A stretch of 64,000 nucleotides of DNA from Patescibacteria group bacterium (GTDB lineage: Bacteria > Patescibacteriota > Microgenomatia > UBA1400 > PJMF01). Of the stretch, positions 46,567 to 54,915 are shown one piece after another. The position numbers were made by a program, and so were the translations under genes. Below the pieces are notes generated by a model. That model was not told the origin of the DNA, ran no database searches, and saw nothing but the letters and a program-made list of their open reading frames with translations. Location of the stretch: contig JBMORP010000006.1 in NCBI GenBank assembly GCA_049322655.1, positions 13,863 through 77,862 of the forward strand, written 5' to 3'. Position 1 is the first letter of the stretch, and each line of letters begins with the position of its first letter.

Positions 46567-49500
46567 GCTTCCCTCAACTCTTTCACTACATCTTTAATTA
46601 GTTTTTCCAAAGCCTTTACATCTTCATTCAACAACTCAAAATTTCTAGTCACAATTTTGCTAGAGTTATTTGGTTCTAAGAACTCAAATTCACCACTGAC
46701 CACTTCATACGGAAAAGATTTATCTAGTTTGGTTAATAGTTTGTAGAATAATAGTTGGCGTTTATATGGACCACGAATATTTTCTGGTAATGTTCTTTCT
46801 CGTTCAGATAGTTTGGCATTAGCAGTTTTGCCTTCAATTTCATTAGCACTTTTGACTTTACCAGTTTTGTAGTCGATTACTTTGACTTGTTTTTGTTCGA
46901 TACTATGCCAGTCAATTCGGTCAATTCTTCCAGTCAAAGCAATATCATCAATTATGACTTTTTGTTTACCACTGCCGAAGAACCGTTCGATAAATAATGG
47001 ATTTGGATTTTTATTTGCTAACTCTAAGTAGTAGCGGTCTAACACTTCATAGCCATATTTAAGACGATTAAATTGTTCTGATGGTTCTAAAATTTCTTTT
47101 TCTAAGGCTAACTCAAACTGCTTTTTTAGATCATTCAAAGTTGGATATTGGCCTGTTTGTTGGAAAGTTTTGTAAAGAAACTCCATGGTGTTATGCATGG
47201 CAGTTCCAAAAGCCAACTGAGGAATCTTGGCTCTGGGAATTCTAAGAAGAGTATTATGTAAAAATTCTTCTGGATTACGTAGATAAGTATTCAAAGCAGT
47301 GACTGACCAGCGGAAGTTAGTTAGCAACCAGTTGAGGTAAAGTTTTTCTTTTTCACCAGTAATGAGAACATCTGGGGTGGGATTTGGTTTGAGGATTTTG
47401 GTTAGGTATTGGGCTGAGTTTTCTTCATTTAACTCACTCGCTAATTTTTGCCAGGTTTGTTGGTTATTAGTTTCTTGGACTTCTATCAGAAACATGCTAG
47501 GGACTACATCACGGCTATGTCCTTCCGTAATAACTGTATCTGGGTGAGAAATGACTATTTGGTTTTTAGCTCGAGTTAGAGCTACATAGAATAAACGGCG
47601 TTCATCTTCATTGCGTTCTTTAGTATCAAGATTAGTGTTTTTTAAGATTTCTACAGGTAGTTTAATAAGTTCTCTTTTTCGGTTATTACCCCACTTTTTA
47701 TCAAGACATTGGTATAAAAAAACATTTTCCCATTCTCTGCCTTTAGCTTTATGAACAGTTGATAAATGGACAGCTTGTTTGCGGACATTGAGATCTTCGA
47801 TGGTAATTTGTAGGTTATGTTCTTCAATCAAAGCGAGAGTTTTTAGTAAATCAACTAGTTTAAATTGGTGATTATGATTAACCAATTTTTTAATTTCACT
47901 AAACAAAGAGTTTAAAACGGTAATGCCATAAATTTTTCCTGGTTGGTTAATAATCCATGGTAGTAAACCAGATTCTTGAATAACTTGTTCAAAAAAAGCA
48001 GGAAAAGTTTTATTCGCATCAGCACTGTCCCAGTTTTTAAGGTTATTAAGATAGTTTTTAAGGGGGATTAATTCTAAAGGAGTAATTTCATGGCCTGGGT
48101 GAAGTTTGTTAATTGCTGTTAAATCTTGTTCGATTAGATCTAAGAGTGGTAGTTTAGTTTTACCGGCTGCTCTTGCTAGTTTTAGAACCACATCTTTTTC
48201 CCAAGCAAAAGTATTTTTTAACCAATCATATTGTAGAGTTTCATAAAGTAGTTCAGTTTCTTCACCAGTTCTAATCGCGACGATTACTCTGAATAAAGTA
48301 ATCAGTTGGCGAACAATTTCTTCTTTAAGGGCATCTCCTCCACCTTCAACTTCATAAGGAATCTGCCAATTGTCAAATACCTCAACCAAAGTATGTCTGT
48401 CAGCATTGTGACGATATAGAACCGAGATTTCATGAGCTGGGACAGCTTGGTCCAAAAGTTGTTTGATTTGCTCGGCAATTTGAACAGCTTCTAATACTTG
48501 TGATGAAGCTGTTATTAAATTAATTTTATTGCCTTTGCCATGAGGACTTTTAAGATTATTAACTAAGGAGATTTTTTTATTACTAAGTTCAATTGCTAGC
48601 TTGTTATGACTAATAACAGCTGTGGCGGTATCGTAGATATTTTGTGGACAACGGTAGCCAGTTTCCAAAGTTATTACTGTTGCTTGTGGATACTTATGCA
48701 CAAACTCCAACATGTTTTCTACTGAAGCTCCTTGAAAACGATAAATGGCTTGATTAGGATCTCCTACTACGAAAATATTAGCAGCTTCTTGCCAGTAACT
48801 AGCCAACAAATCAACAACAGTATTTTGCGCAGAGTTAGTATCTTGGTATTCATCAACCAAAAAATAATGAAGGTTTTCTTGATATTCACGTAGTAACAAT
48901 TCATTTTTTTGAAAAGCTTCAACCACTAATACAATCATGTCATCAAAGTCATAGCGCTTACCAGCTCTTAATTTTTGTTGGTAGGTTTTATAAACCTCCA
49001 ACAACTCTTTATTTTTGGCTAACTGTTTTTGATCTTTTTCCCAATCAGTTCTACTCAGTTCTCCAGGTTTTTTACGAGTCCTTTTGCCTGGTTTTGCTGG
49101 TGATGGCTCAGTTGCGATTAAACGTTGTTCCCATTGGTTTAATAGCTCTTGATACTGATAGGGGTTAATGCCTTCTCTTTTAAGATCAGAGATGCCTTTA
49201 ATGGCATCTTTGATGTAAAAAAATGGTGTATTGAGAGGTTTGATTTCTTTTAAATTTAAATTATGAAAAATATCTTCAAAGAATTCATAACGTTCTAAGT
49301 CTGATAAAGGAGTACTATCTCTTTCAATGGGAAAAGCTTCTGGATGATTATCGATTACTTCTTTACAAAAGGCATGGAAAGTAGCAATTTGCACATAATA
49401 ACCAGTTTTACCAATCATTTTGACTAATCTTTCACGCATATTTTTGGCAGCGCTTTCAGTAAAGGTCAAAGCCAAAATACTAGTAGGATTGGTGTCGGTT

Positions 49501-49658
49501 TTTTGCAGAATTTGGGCAATTCTAGCGGTTAAAACTTGGGTTTTACCTGTACCAGGGCCAGCAATCACCATTACTGGACCGTCAATGGTTTCAACTGCTT
49601 TTTTTTGAGCTGGGTTAAGTGCTTGATAGATGCGACTAAAATTTTGATCTTGTGACAT
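46557..49658 (-). CDS. UvrD/PcrA-family SF1 helicase with C-terminal RecB-type PD-(D/E)xK nuclease domain (AddA-like)
   Basis: Walker A AGPGTGKT and UvrD motifs through LFYVALTRAKNQIVIS. C-terminal nuclease motifs GRIDRID, VIDYKTGK (ExK), RQLLFYKLL (QxxxY); 1033 aa. Confidence 0.8.
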   Translation of the reverse strand: MSQDQNFSRIYQALNPAQKKAVETIDGPVMVIAGPGTGKTQVLTARIAQILQKTDTNPTSILALTFTESAAKNMRERLVKMIGKTGYYVQIATFHAFCKEVIDNHPEAFPIERDSTPLSDLERYEFFEDIFHNLNLKEIKPLNTPFFYIKDAIKGISDLKREGINPYQYQELLNQWEQRLIATEPSPAKPGKRTRKKPGELSRTDWEKDQKQLAKNKELLEVYKTYQQKLRAGKRYDFDDMIVLVVEAFQKNELLLREYQENLHYFLVDEYQDTNSAQNTVVDLLASYWQEAANIFVVGDPNQAIYRFQGASVENMLEFVHKYPQATVITLETGYRCPQNIYDTATAVISHNKLAIELSNKKISLVNNLKSPHGKGNKINLITASSQVLEAVQIAEQIKQLLDQAVPAHEISVLYRHNADRHTLVEVFDNWQIPYEVEGGGDALKEEIVRQLITLFRVIVAIRTGEETELLYETLQYDWLKNTFAWEKDVVLKLARAAGKTKLPLLDLIEQDLTAINKLHPGHEITPLELIPLKNYLNNLKNWDSADANKTFPAFFEQVIQESGLLPWIINQPGKIYGITVLNSLFSEIKKLVNHNHQFKLVDLLKTLALIEEHNLQITIEDLNVRKQAVHLSTVHKAKGREWENVFLYQCLDKKWGNNRKRELIKLPVEILKNTNLDTKERNEDERRLFYVALTRAKNQIVISHPDTVITEGHSRDVVPSMFLIEVQETNNQQTWQKLASELNEENSAQYLTKILKPNPTPDVLITGEKEKLYLNWLLTNFRWSVTALNTYLRNPEEFLHNTLLRIPRAKIPQLAFGTAMHNTMEFLYKTFQQTGQYPTLNDLKKQFELALEKEILEPSEQFNRLKYGYEVLDRYYLELANKNPNPLFIERFFGSGKQKVIIDDIALTGRIDRIDWHSIEQKQVKVIDYKTGKVKSANEIEGKTANAKLSERERTLPENIRGPYKRQLLFYKLLTKLDKSFPYEVVSGEFEFLEPNNSSKIVTRNFELLNEDVKALEKLIKDVVKELREAWQ

Positions 49659-49703
49659 CAGTGGTCATTATAGCTGATGGGAAAGTTGGGAACAGGTGAA
49701 AAA

Positions 49704-50213
49704 CTAGGCTTTTTTATTGCGAGTTTTTTTATCAGGAAAATACCAAGCTTGGTCTTTTTGGGCTTGTTGAGTATTTCTAATGGCCACAGCACTCATTGCT
49801 CGGTCAAAGATAGTTACCCAATAGGGTTGTCGTTGGTTAAGTTTAATGTTTCTGGTTTTAATTGCCTCAGGAATATTAGCTGTTTCAACGGAAGTATCAG
49901 TGTAAATAAGTTTTTGAGCATTACGGCAAATGGTTAAACCATTCTCAGCAAAATCAGGATTAATATTGAATTTTTTGGCATACTTTGGGGGAATAATTTG
50001 ATGAATAATTATTTTTCCTCCACAGTTATGTTCGCCAGGAAATTGACAAGAATGTTGATCTCGTTCTTTGATCGCTGTTTTTTGTTTTTCAGAATATGCA
50101 CCCAAACTAACCAGAGTAGCAATAGCTAATAAACCCAAAGGACCAATGAGTTTTCCCCAGTCAAATCTTTCTACCAAGTTTTCTGGATTTTTGGCCATAG
50201 CGATATTATACAA
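49704..50213 (-). CDS. Membrane-anchored HNH-endonuclease-like protein (partly degenerate zinc/His motif)
   Basis: TM helix LIGPLGLLAIATLVSLGAY, then RDQHSCQFPGEHNCGGK...IHQIIP...ENGLTICRNAQK, which follows the HNH pattern (RDxxxCxxCG...DHIIP...ENLxxxCRxCNxxK) but with the second Cys pair and terminal His/Asn substituted. Overlaps the dus stop by 8 nt. Confidence 0.45.
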   Translation of the reverse strand: MYNIAMAKNPENLVERFDWGKLIGPLGLLAIATLVSLGAYSEKQKTAIKERDQHSCQFPGEHNCGGKIIIHQIIPPKYAKKFNINPDFAENGLTICRNAQKLIYTDTSVETANIPEAIKTRNIKLNQRQPYWVTIFDRAMSAVAIRNTQQAQKDQAWYFPDKKTRNKKA

Positions 50214-51285
50214 CCAAGAGTTGATGTTTTTGTAAAATTTCTTTGACTTGTTCGCTATTTTCTGTTTTTACTAATTCAATCCTAATATCACTGGCGTTGG
50301 GAAAGTTTTTAATGTACCAAGTTAGGTGTTTGCGCATTGGTAAAAACCGATAGCGTTCATCTTGTTGGTAGGTTTGCTCATAGAGCAAGCTATGTTCCAA
50401 AGCTAGAGCTGCTCGTTGTTGAATAGTAACTTCTGATTTATTTTTTAAGAACAACCAAGGATTACCAAAGCTGGCTCGACCGACTAAGATCCCATCAACT
50501 TGATATTGATTGATTTTTTCCAAAGCTTCTTCGGCCGAGTGGATATCACCATTGCCCAGAAAAGTAATATCTGAGTTATTTTGTTTGATTAGTTGGGTAG
50601 CTTTACCAATTTCCTCCCAACTAGCAAAACCAGTGTAAGCTTGGCGTAAAGTTCTACCGTGAAGAGCAATTGCAGCTGGTTCTACTTCTAATAAATATCT
50701 TAGCCAATCTTCAGTAATCACCTGGTCATAACCAACTCTAGTTTTAACACTAATAGGAATTATCCGGTTATGAGCTTGATATTGTTTGGGAAGTTGTTGG
50801 TGGCGTTGTTCAATAATTTCACAAATACTATTAGTTAAATCAGGACAGTCACGAACTGTTTGGCCACTCTGCCAATCAGCCACTCCTTGCTTGGCAGCTT
50901 TAACAATTTCTTGAGCAAGCTTTGGGGTTTTAATCAAGCCAGCTCCAGCCCCACTTTGGGAAACACTTTTGGCAGGACAACCCATATTAATATCAACACC
51001 ATCAAAACCTAATTGGCATAAAGCGATTGTTGTTTGACGAAAATATTCTGGAGTAGTGCCATAAATTTGAGCCACAATAGGTCGTTGAGTTTCATCATAA
51101 AGAAAATCGACCAGTGGTTTTTCTACTCCACGACAAAAACCTTCAACAGTGGCGAACTCAGTATAAATTACATCAGGTTGACCATGTTTTTTGGTTAAAT
51201 GACGAAAAGGATGATCTGTCACTCCGTCCATCGGTGACAAACCAATAATTGGTTTAGCTAATTTGCGCCAAAATCCAGATTCCAT
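50206..51285 (-). CDS. tRNA-dihydrouridine synthase
   Basis: Dus family TIM-barrel with PMDGVTDHPFRHL and the catalytic-Cys region (NMGCPAK). Confidence 0.8.
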   Translation of the reverse strand: MESGFWRKLAKPIIGLSPMDGVTDHPFRHLTKKHGQPDVIYTEFATVEGFCRGVEKPLVDFLYDETQRPIVAQIYGTTPEYFRQTTIALCQLGFDGVDINMGCPAKSVSQSGAGAGLIKTPKLAQEIVKAAKQGVADWQSGQTVRDCPDLTNSICEIIEQRHQQLPKQYQAHNRIIPISVKTRVGYDQVITEDWLRYLLEVEPAAIALHGRTLRQAYTGFASWEEIGKATQLIKQNNSDITFLGNGDIHSAEEALEKINQYQVDGILVGRASFGNPWLFLKNKSEVTIQQRAALALEHSLLYEQTYQQDERYRFLPMRKHLTWYIKNFPNASDIRIELVKTENSEQVKEILQKHQLLVV

Positions 51286-51334
51286 ATCAGGTATTATACT
51301 TGAAAGCTTGCGTTATAATGTGGTTATTAAATTT

Positions 51335-51406
51335 GCGGGTGTAGTACAGTGGTAGTATGTCTGCTTCCCAAGCAGAAGATCGCGAGTTCGAGCCTCGTCA
51401 CCCGCT
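51335..51406 (+). tRNA. tRNA-Gly (anticodon CCC)
   Basis: Acceptor GCGGGTG/CACCCGC, anticodon stem TCTGC/GCAGA, loop TTCCCAA, T-loop TTCGAGC. Confidence 0.85.
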
Positions 51407-51414
51407 CAGCAATG

Positions 51415-51440
51415 AAAAAGCTCCATACGGAGCTTTTTTA
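51415..51440. terminator. Bidirectional rho-independent terminator after tRNA-Gly(CCC) and after gene 51438..51749 (-)
   Basis: AAAAAGCTCC-ATAC-GGAGCTTTTTT. Confidence 0.7.
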
Positions 51441-51749
51441 ACTTTTATTTTCTTTTTTAATAGTTTTCCAATGATAAAAATAAACTGGTCCACCAACCAG
51501 CATCATGGCTAGGCTATTGCTAAATTGTCTTTTTCTTTGATTGGCTTGTTCTTCTTCATACATTTTTTTGTTTTGTTCTCTGATGGCAGGAGACTCTGTT
51601 TCGGCATAGTAGTAACCATAATCATTAACTTTAAACACATAAGTTTTTAGGGTAAGATCCACGATTTGGATGCTACCAATAATTAAAATTAGTAAGCCGA
51701 CAAAAGAAAAAAGATACAAGTAAAGCAAACGTAAGTTGAGTTTCATCAT
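51438..51749 (-). CDS. Small membrane protein (103 aa, two TM helices), unknown function
   Basis: Hydrophobic helices LLYLYLFSFVGLLILIIGSI and LAMMLVGGPVYFY; inside the tRNA-bounded island. Confidence 0.45.
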   Translation of the reverse strand: MMKLNLRLLYLYLFSFVGLLILIIGSIQIVDLTLKTYVFKVNDYGYYYAETESPAIREQNKKMYEEEQANQRKRQFSNSLAMMLVGGPVYFYHWKTIKKENKS

Positions 51750-51776
51750 TAGCCTTTCAACTATCAGTTTACCATT

Positions 51777-51803
51777 ATAAAAAAAGCTCCGTATATAGGA
51801 GCT
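51777..51803 (-). terminator. Rho-independent terminator (minus strand) downstream of gene 51890..52195
   Basis: On the minus strand: AGCTCC-TATATAC-GGAGCT followed by TTTTTT. Confidence 0.6.
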
Positions 51804-51889
51804 CAGATAAATGTTTTTGTTAAAGCCACACTGATTTTTAGTTTTTCAATGGAAGAGGAGGCGCACATGAGTTGTGCACCTCCTCTTTT

Positions 51890-52195
51890 CTAAGGGTACA
51901 AAACCTCATCCACATGGTCTTTCCAGTCATCAGGAATCGGGAAAATTGGTGAGTAAGCATAAATCAGGTGCTGCACCAACGATCCGATAGCTATTGACAG
52001 GATAATCCAAAGTCCAGGTTTTACGTGGATGGAAATCACGAAAAAAGCAATCATTGCAAGAACCATCACATTGTGGTGATAGTTATACTTCAGCGTTTTC
52101 GTAATTTTCCAAAGGAGGAAGGTCAGTACGTTTCCGGCTACTGCCTGGGCTAACGCCCAAAGTACAATCCAGATAATCCAAAGATGTGTGTTCAT
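51890..52195 (-). CDS. Small membrane protein (101 aa, about 3 TM helices), GC-enriched relative to surroundings
   Basis: RBS GAGAGG 7 nt before the ATG. Hydrophobic helices. A 150-nt stretch that I counted is about 44% GC, against about 35% background. Confidence 0.5.
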   Translation of the reverse strand: MNTHLWIIWIVLWALAQAVAGNVLTFLLWKITKTLKYNYHHNVMVLAMIAFFVISIHVKPGLWIILSIAIGSLVQHLIYAYSPIFPIPDDWKDHVDEVLYP

Positions 52196-52241
52196 AGTTT
52201 ACCTCTCGTTTTTTTACTCTCTCCTGTTTTACCAGGAGAGG

Positions 52242-52288
52242 CTTGGGGAAAATAAAACTTATTATAAATAAGCTTTATTTTCCCCAAG
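52242..52288. repeat. 21-bp near-perfect inverted repeat (CTTGGGGAAAATAAAACTTAT / ATAAGCTTTATTTTCCCCAAG) with 5-nt spacer, adjacent to a second hairpin (52219..52240, CTCTCCTG-TTTTAC-CAGGAGAG)
   Basis: Read directly from the sequence; one mismatch in 21 bp; no flanking U-tract on either strand, so it is not a canonical terminator. Confidence 0.7.
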
Positions 52289-52435
52289 TACATAGAGGTA
52301 GCTAAAATCAGTGTGGCAGTATTCTGCTAATAATAAAGATTAGTTTGAAAGCAATTTTCATTTAAACTTTATTATTAATTTTAAAGAACCTGTCCATTAT
52401 ATCTTACATCCTATAATTTGTCAATATAAGACTAT

Positions 52436-53344
52436 TTAATGAATAGTACTCCAGTGAGTTTCATCATTAGATCCTTTAAAACCGTAAATTTTCATCCAGC
52501 TGTTATTTCCGGCTGAATCAACTTGAGATTGCCACTCACTAAATTCTAGGCCAAACTCAGCAAAAGCTTTAAGTTTTCTTTTTAAGGCTGATTGTGAATC
52601 ACTCATTAAATAACGAAGGCTTTCCAAAAAAGAATAGATTGTTCTGAGATGCTTGGCTGAAAGTTTATTGGCTAAATCAATTTCTATTTTTTGGTAATTA
52701 GCGGCTGAGAATTGATACTCAATTTCTTGTTGGTCAAAATTGTAGTTGGCACCAATCACAATGGTTACAGCTTCAAAATTACTTATTTTGATAATGATCA
52801 TGTCAGCAGGAGAGGTGTCTGCTTCTAGGCTACGCAGTTGAAAAGTATCGAGTCTCATCTCAATGTAACAACCGCTAAATTCTTTTTGAGTCCGATCTCC
52901 CATTTTAAAAACAAAAAACTCATTACTTCTTTCTTTATTACCTAGATCTGGAGGGTTATTCATCACAATCAATTCGGTAATTCCAGGCATTTTTAACCAA
53001 TCAAGGTATTCATGAGTTAAAAAGTTTTCAATATCAGCCACAGTTTTAATACCCATAACCCAAGGAGAATTGTTTGGCTGTGGAGAAAAACAAGTTCTAA
53101 CACCAACATTACAACCTCTTTTTACACCATTGAGTAATTCTTCAATTAACTGTTCTCGGTTGTTAACAGGAATAATTTCTCTAGAAATAATGGTTTTTTT
53201 AGGAAGTAAATTACAGTTAGAAGTGAAAAATCCTTCAGTCTGGGCTTTTTTACTTTTCCAAATATGACTAACAGTATTACTAAATTGTTCTAAGATTTGT
53301 CTATAATTAAGAATTTGATGATTAGTTTCCTGATAATTAGTCAT
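52436..53344 (-). CDS. Hypothetical protein (302 aa), no recognisable domain; orphan inside the tRNA-bounded island
   Basis: Long uninterrupted ORF in AT-rich DNA; no motif I could assign. Confidence 0.4.
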   Translation of the reverse strand: MTNYQETNHQILNYRQILEQFSNTVSHIWKSKKAQTEGFFTSNCNLLPKKTIISREIIPVNNREQLIEELLNGVKRGCNVGVRTCFSPQPNNSPWVMGIKTVADIENFLTHEYLDWLKMPGITELIVMNNPPDLGNKERSNEFFVFKMGDRTQKEFSGCYIEMRLDTFQLRSLEADTSPADMIIIKISNFEAVTIVIGANYNFDQQEIEYQFSAANYQKIEIDLANKLSAKHLRTIYSFLESLRYLMSDSQSALKRKLKAFAEFGLEFSEWQSQVDSAGNNSWMKIYGFKGSNDETHWSTIH

Positions 53345-53456
53345 AATTAGGGAAAAAAGAACAACTTTATTATTCTCCCTAAAAAGCTAGTATACCATTT
53401 TTTTGCTTGATCTGGCTTTTAGTGGTACCAGGTTGTAAAATTTAGCCTACAACCAA

Positions 53457-53529
53457 GCCAGAATAGCTCAGTTGGTAGAGCGACGGTATCGTAAACCGTA
53501 GGTCAAGGGTTCGATCCCCTTTTCTGGCT
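53457..53529 (+). tRNA. tRNA-Thr (anticodon CGT)
   Basis: Acceptor GCCAGAA/TTCTGGC, anticodon stem ACGGT/ACCGT, loop ATCGTAA, T-loop TTCGATC. The next CDS starts 4 nt after its 3' end. Confidence 0.9.
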
Positions 53530-53533
53530 CATC

Positions 53534-54163
53534 ATGAGAAAAGTTGATACTGTTATTTTTGATTTTGATGGTACGATTGCTGATACTCTTGAGGCTATGG
53601 TCGATTTATTCAATCAAGTTTCAGTTAAATATCAGTTACCCCAAATTGCTCAAGCTGATCGAGAAAAAATCAGAAACTTAAGTGCTAGGGAGTTGATTGA
53701 AGAATTTAAGATTTCTCGATTAAAGTTTATTCGTTTAACCAAAGAAATTTTACCTAAATTAAAAAATAATCTTCAGCAGTTGAACTTAATTTCAGGATTA
53801 GAAGAATTACTAATTGATTTAAAAGAAAAAGGTTTTCAAATCGGGATTGTTAGTTCTAATTCTAAGGAAAATATTGAGCTTTTTTTAAATTATCATCAAA
53901 TAAAAGGAATAGATTTTATTTATGCTGAAAAAAGCTTATTTGGTAAAGCTAAAGTTTTGAGCAATGTTTTGAAAAAACATCACTTAACTGCCGCTAAAGT
54001 AATTTATGTTGGTGATGAAGTGAGGGATATAGAAGCATCTCACCAGGCTGGTTTGCCGATTATTGCTGTGACTTGGGGCCTTAATTCTAAGGCAAGACTG
54101 CAAAAAGCTAAACCTGACTATATAATTGATCAACCGAAGGAACTTTTAACAAAATTAACTTAA
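53534..54163 (+). CDS. HAD-superfamily hydrolase (phosphoglycolate phosphatase-like)
   Basis: Motif I VIFDFDGTIADT, motif III/IV region (VIYVGDEVRDIEASHQAG). Confidence 0.8.
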   Translation: MRKVDTVIFDFDGTIADTLEAMVDLFNQVSVKYQLPQIAQADREKIRNLSARELIEEFKISRLKFIRLTKEILPKLKNNLQQLNLISGLEELLIDLKEKGFQIGIVSSNSKENIELFLNYHQIKGIDFIYAEKSLFGKAKVLSNVLKKHHLTAAKVIYVGDEVRDIEASHQAGLPIIAVTWGLNSKARLQKAKPDYIIDQPKELLTKLT

Positions 54164-54188
54164 AAATTAAATTGGTTATAATAAGCCT

Positions 54189-54905
54189 ATGCTAAGAACT
54201 GCTAATTCACGTTTAACTAGAACTCAAGGTAAAAAAATTGCTCGTCAATCAGTGGCGATGATTGTTTTCTCTATTGTTGCTGTTTTAGTTTTCTTTTTGG
54301 TGATAATGCCTAGATTAATTAATTTATTTTTTAACTTTTTAGGTACAGGTGATATTAGTTTTAAAGAAAAAGATGAGGTTCCACCTCAGGTACCAATTAT
54401 CTTACCTTTTCCGGACTCAATTAAAGATGCTGTTTTGACCATTGAGGGTTTTGCTGAGGCCAAAAGTAAAGTAGTGGTAGTCAAAAATGGTGAACGGGCC
54501 GAGGAGATTGTTGTTAACGATGAGGGCTCTTTTGAGTATCAACTGACTTTGACAGAAGGTGAGAATAAGTTGAGTTTTTATGGTGTAGATGAGGCTGGCA
54601 ATGAGTCAAATACAACCAATGATATGTTCATTAATTTGGATAATGAAGCACCGATATTGGAATTAGAAAACCTTACTGATGGTCAAGAAATTTTGGCTAA
54701 AGAAAACCAAAACTATGCTATCAAAGGTAAAACCGAGCCCCATTCCAAATTACATATTAATGAGCGTTCCGTTTATGTAGACAGTGAAGGTAACTTTAAG
54801 GTTGCTTATTATCTTGAAGAGGGAGACAACGAACTTAAATTTAAAATTGAAGATCGTGCAGGAAATGTGACAGAGCAAACCCTAAGGATAAAGTTTAGAC
54901 TTTAG
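54189..54905 (+). CDS. Membrane-anchored protein with Ig-like (Big-like) beta-sandwich repeats
   Basis: N-terminal TM (IVFSIVAVLVFFLVI), then two repeats of the GxxExKxxxxDxAGNxS-type pattern (DEAGNESN, DRAGNVTE). Confidence 0.45.
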   Translation: MLRTANSRLTRTQGKKIARQSVAMIVFSIVAVLVFFLVIMPRLINLFFNFLGTGDISFKEKDEVPPQVPIILPFPDSIKDAVLTIEGFAEAKSKVVVVKNGERAEEIVVNDEGSFEYQLTLTEGENKLSFYGVDEAGNESNTTNDMFINLDNEAPILELENLTDGQEILAKENQNYAIKGKTEPHSKLHINERSVYVDSEGNFKVAYYLEEGDNELKFKIEDRAGNVTEQTLRIKFRL

Positions 54906-54915
54906 TTTGTTTAAG

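Noticed and set aside
46557-49658. Calling the UvrD/RecB-nuclease helicase a dedicated anti-phage (Gabija/Nhi-type) system
   Set aside because: The domain order (SF1 helicase then C-terminal RecB nuclease, 1033 aa) matches housekeeping AddA-like enzymes common in reduced genomes. I kept it only as part of a context-based finding and not as a defence-system call.
51300-51334. Promoter hexamers upstream of tRNA-Gly(CCC) (TTGAAA ... TATAAT)
   Set aside because: A TATAAT is present at about 51314, but the only -35-like hexamer is 8 nt away. The spacing is wrong, so I did not call it.
53345-53456. Possible hairpin/terminator upstream of tRNA-Thr (TAGGGA...TCCCTA)
   Set aside because: It has only a 6-bp stem with a 24-nt loop and no U-tract. 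This is not convincing.
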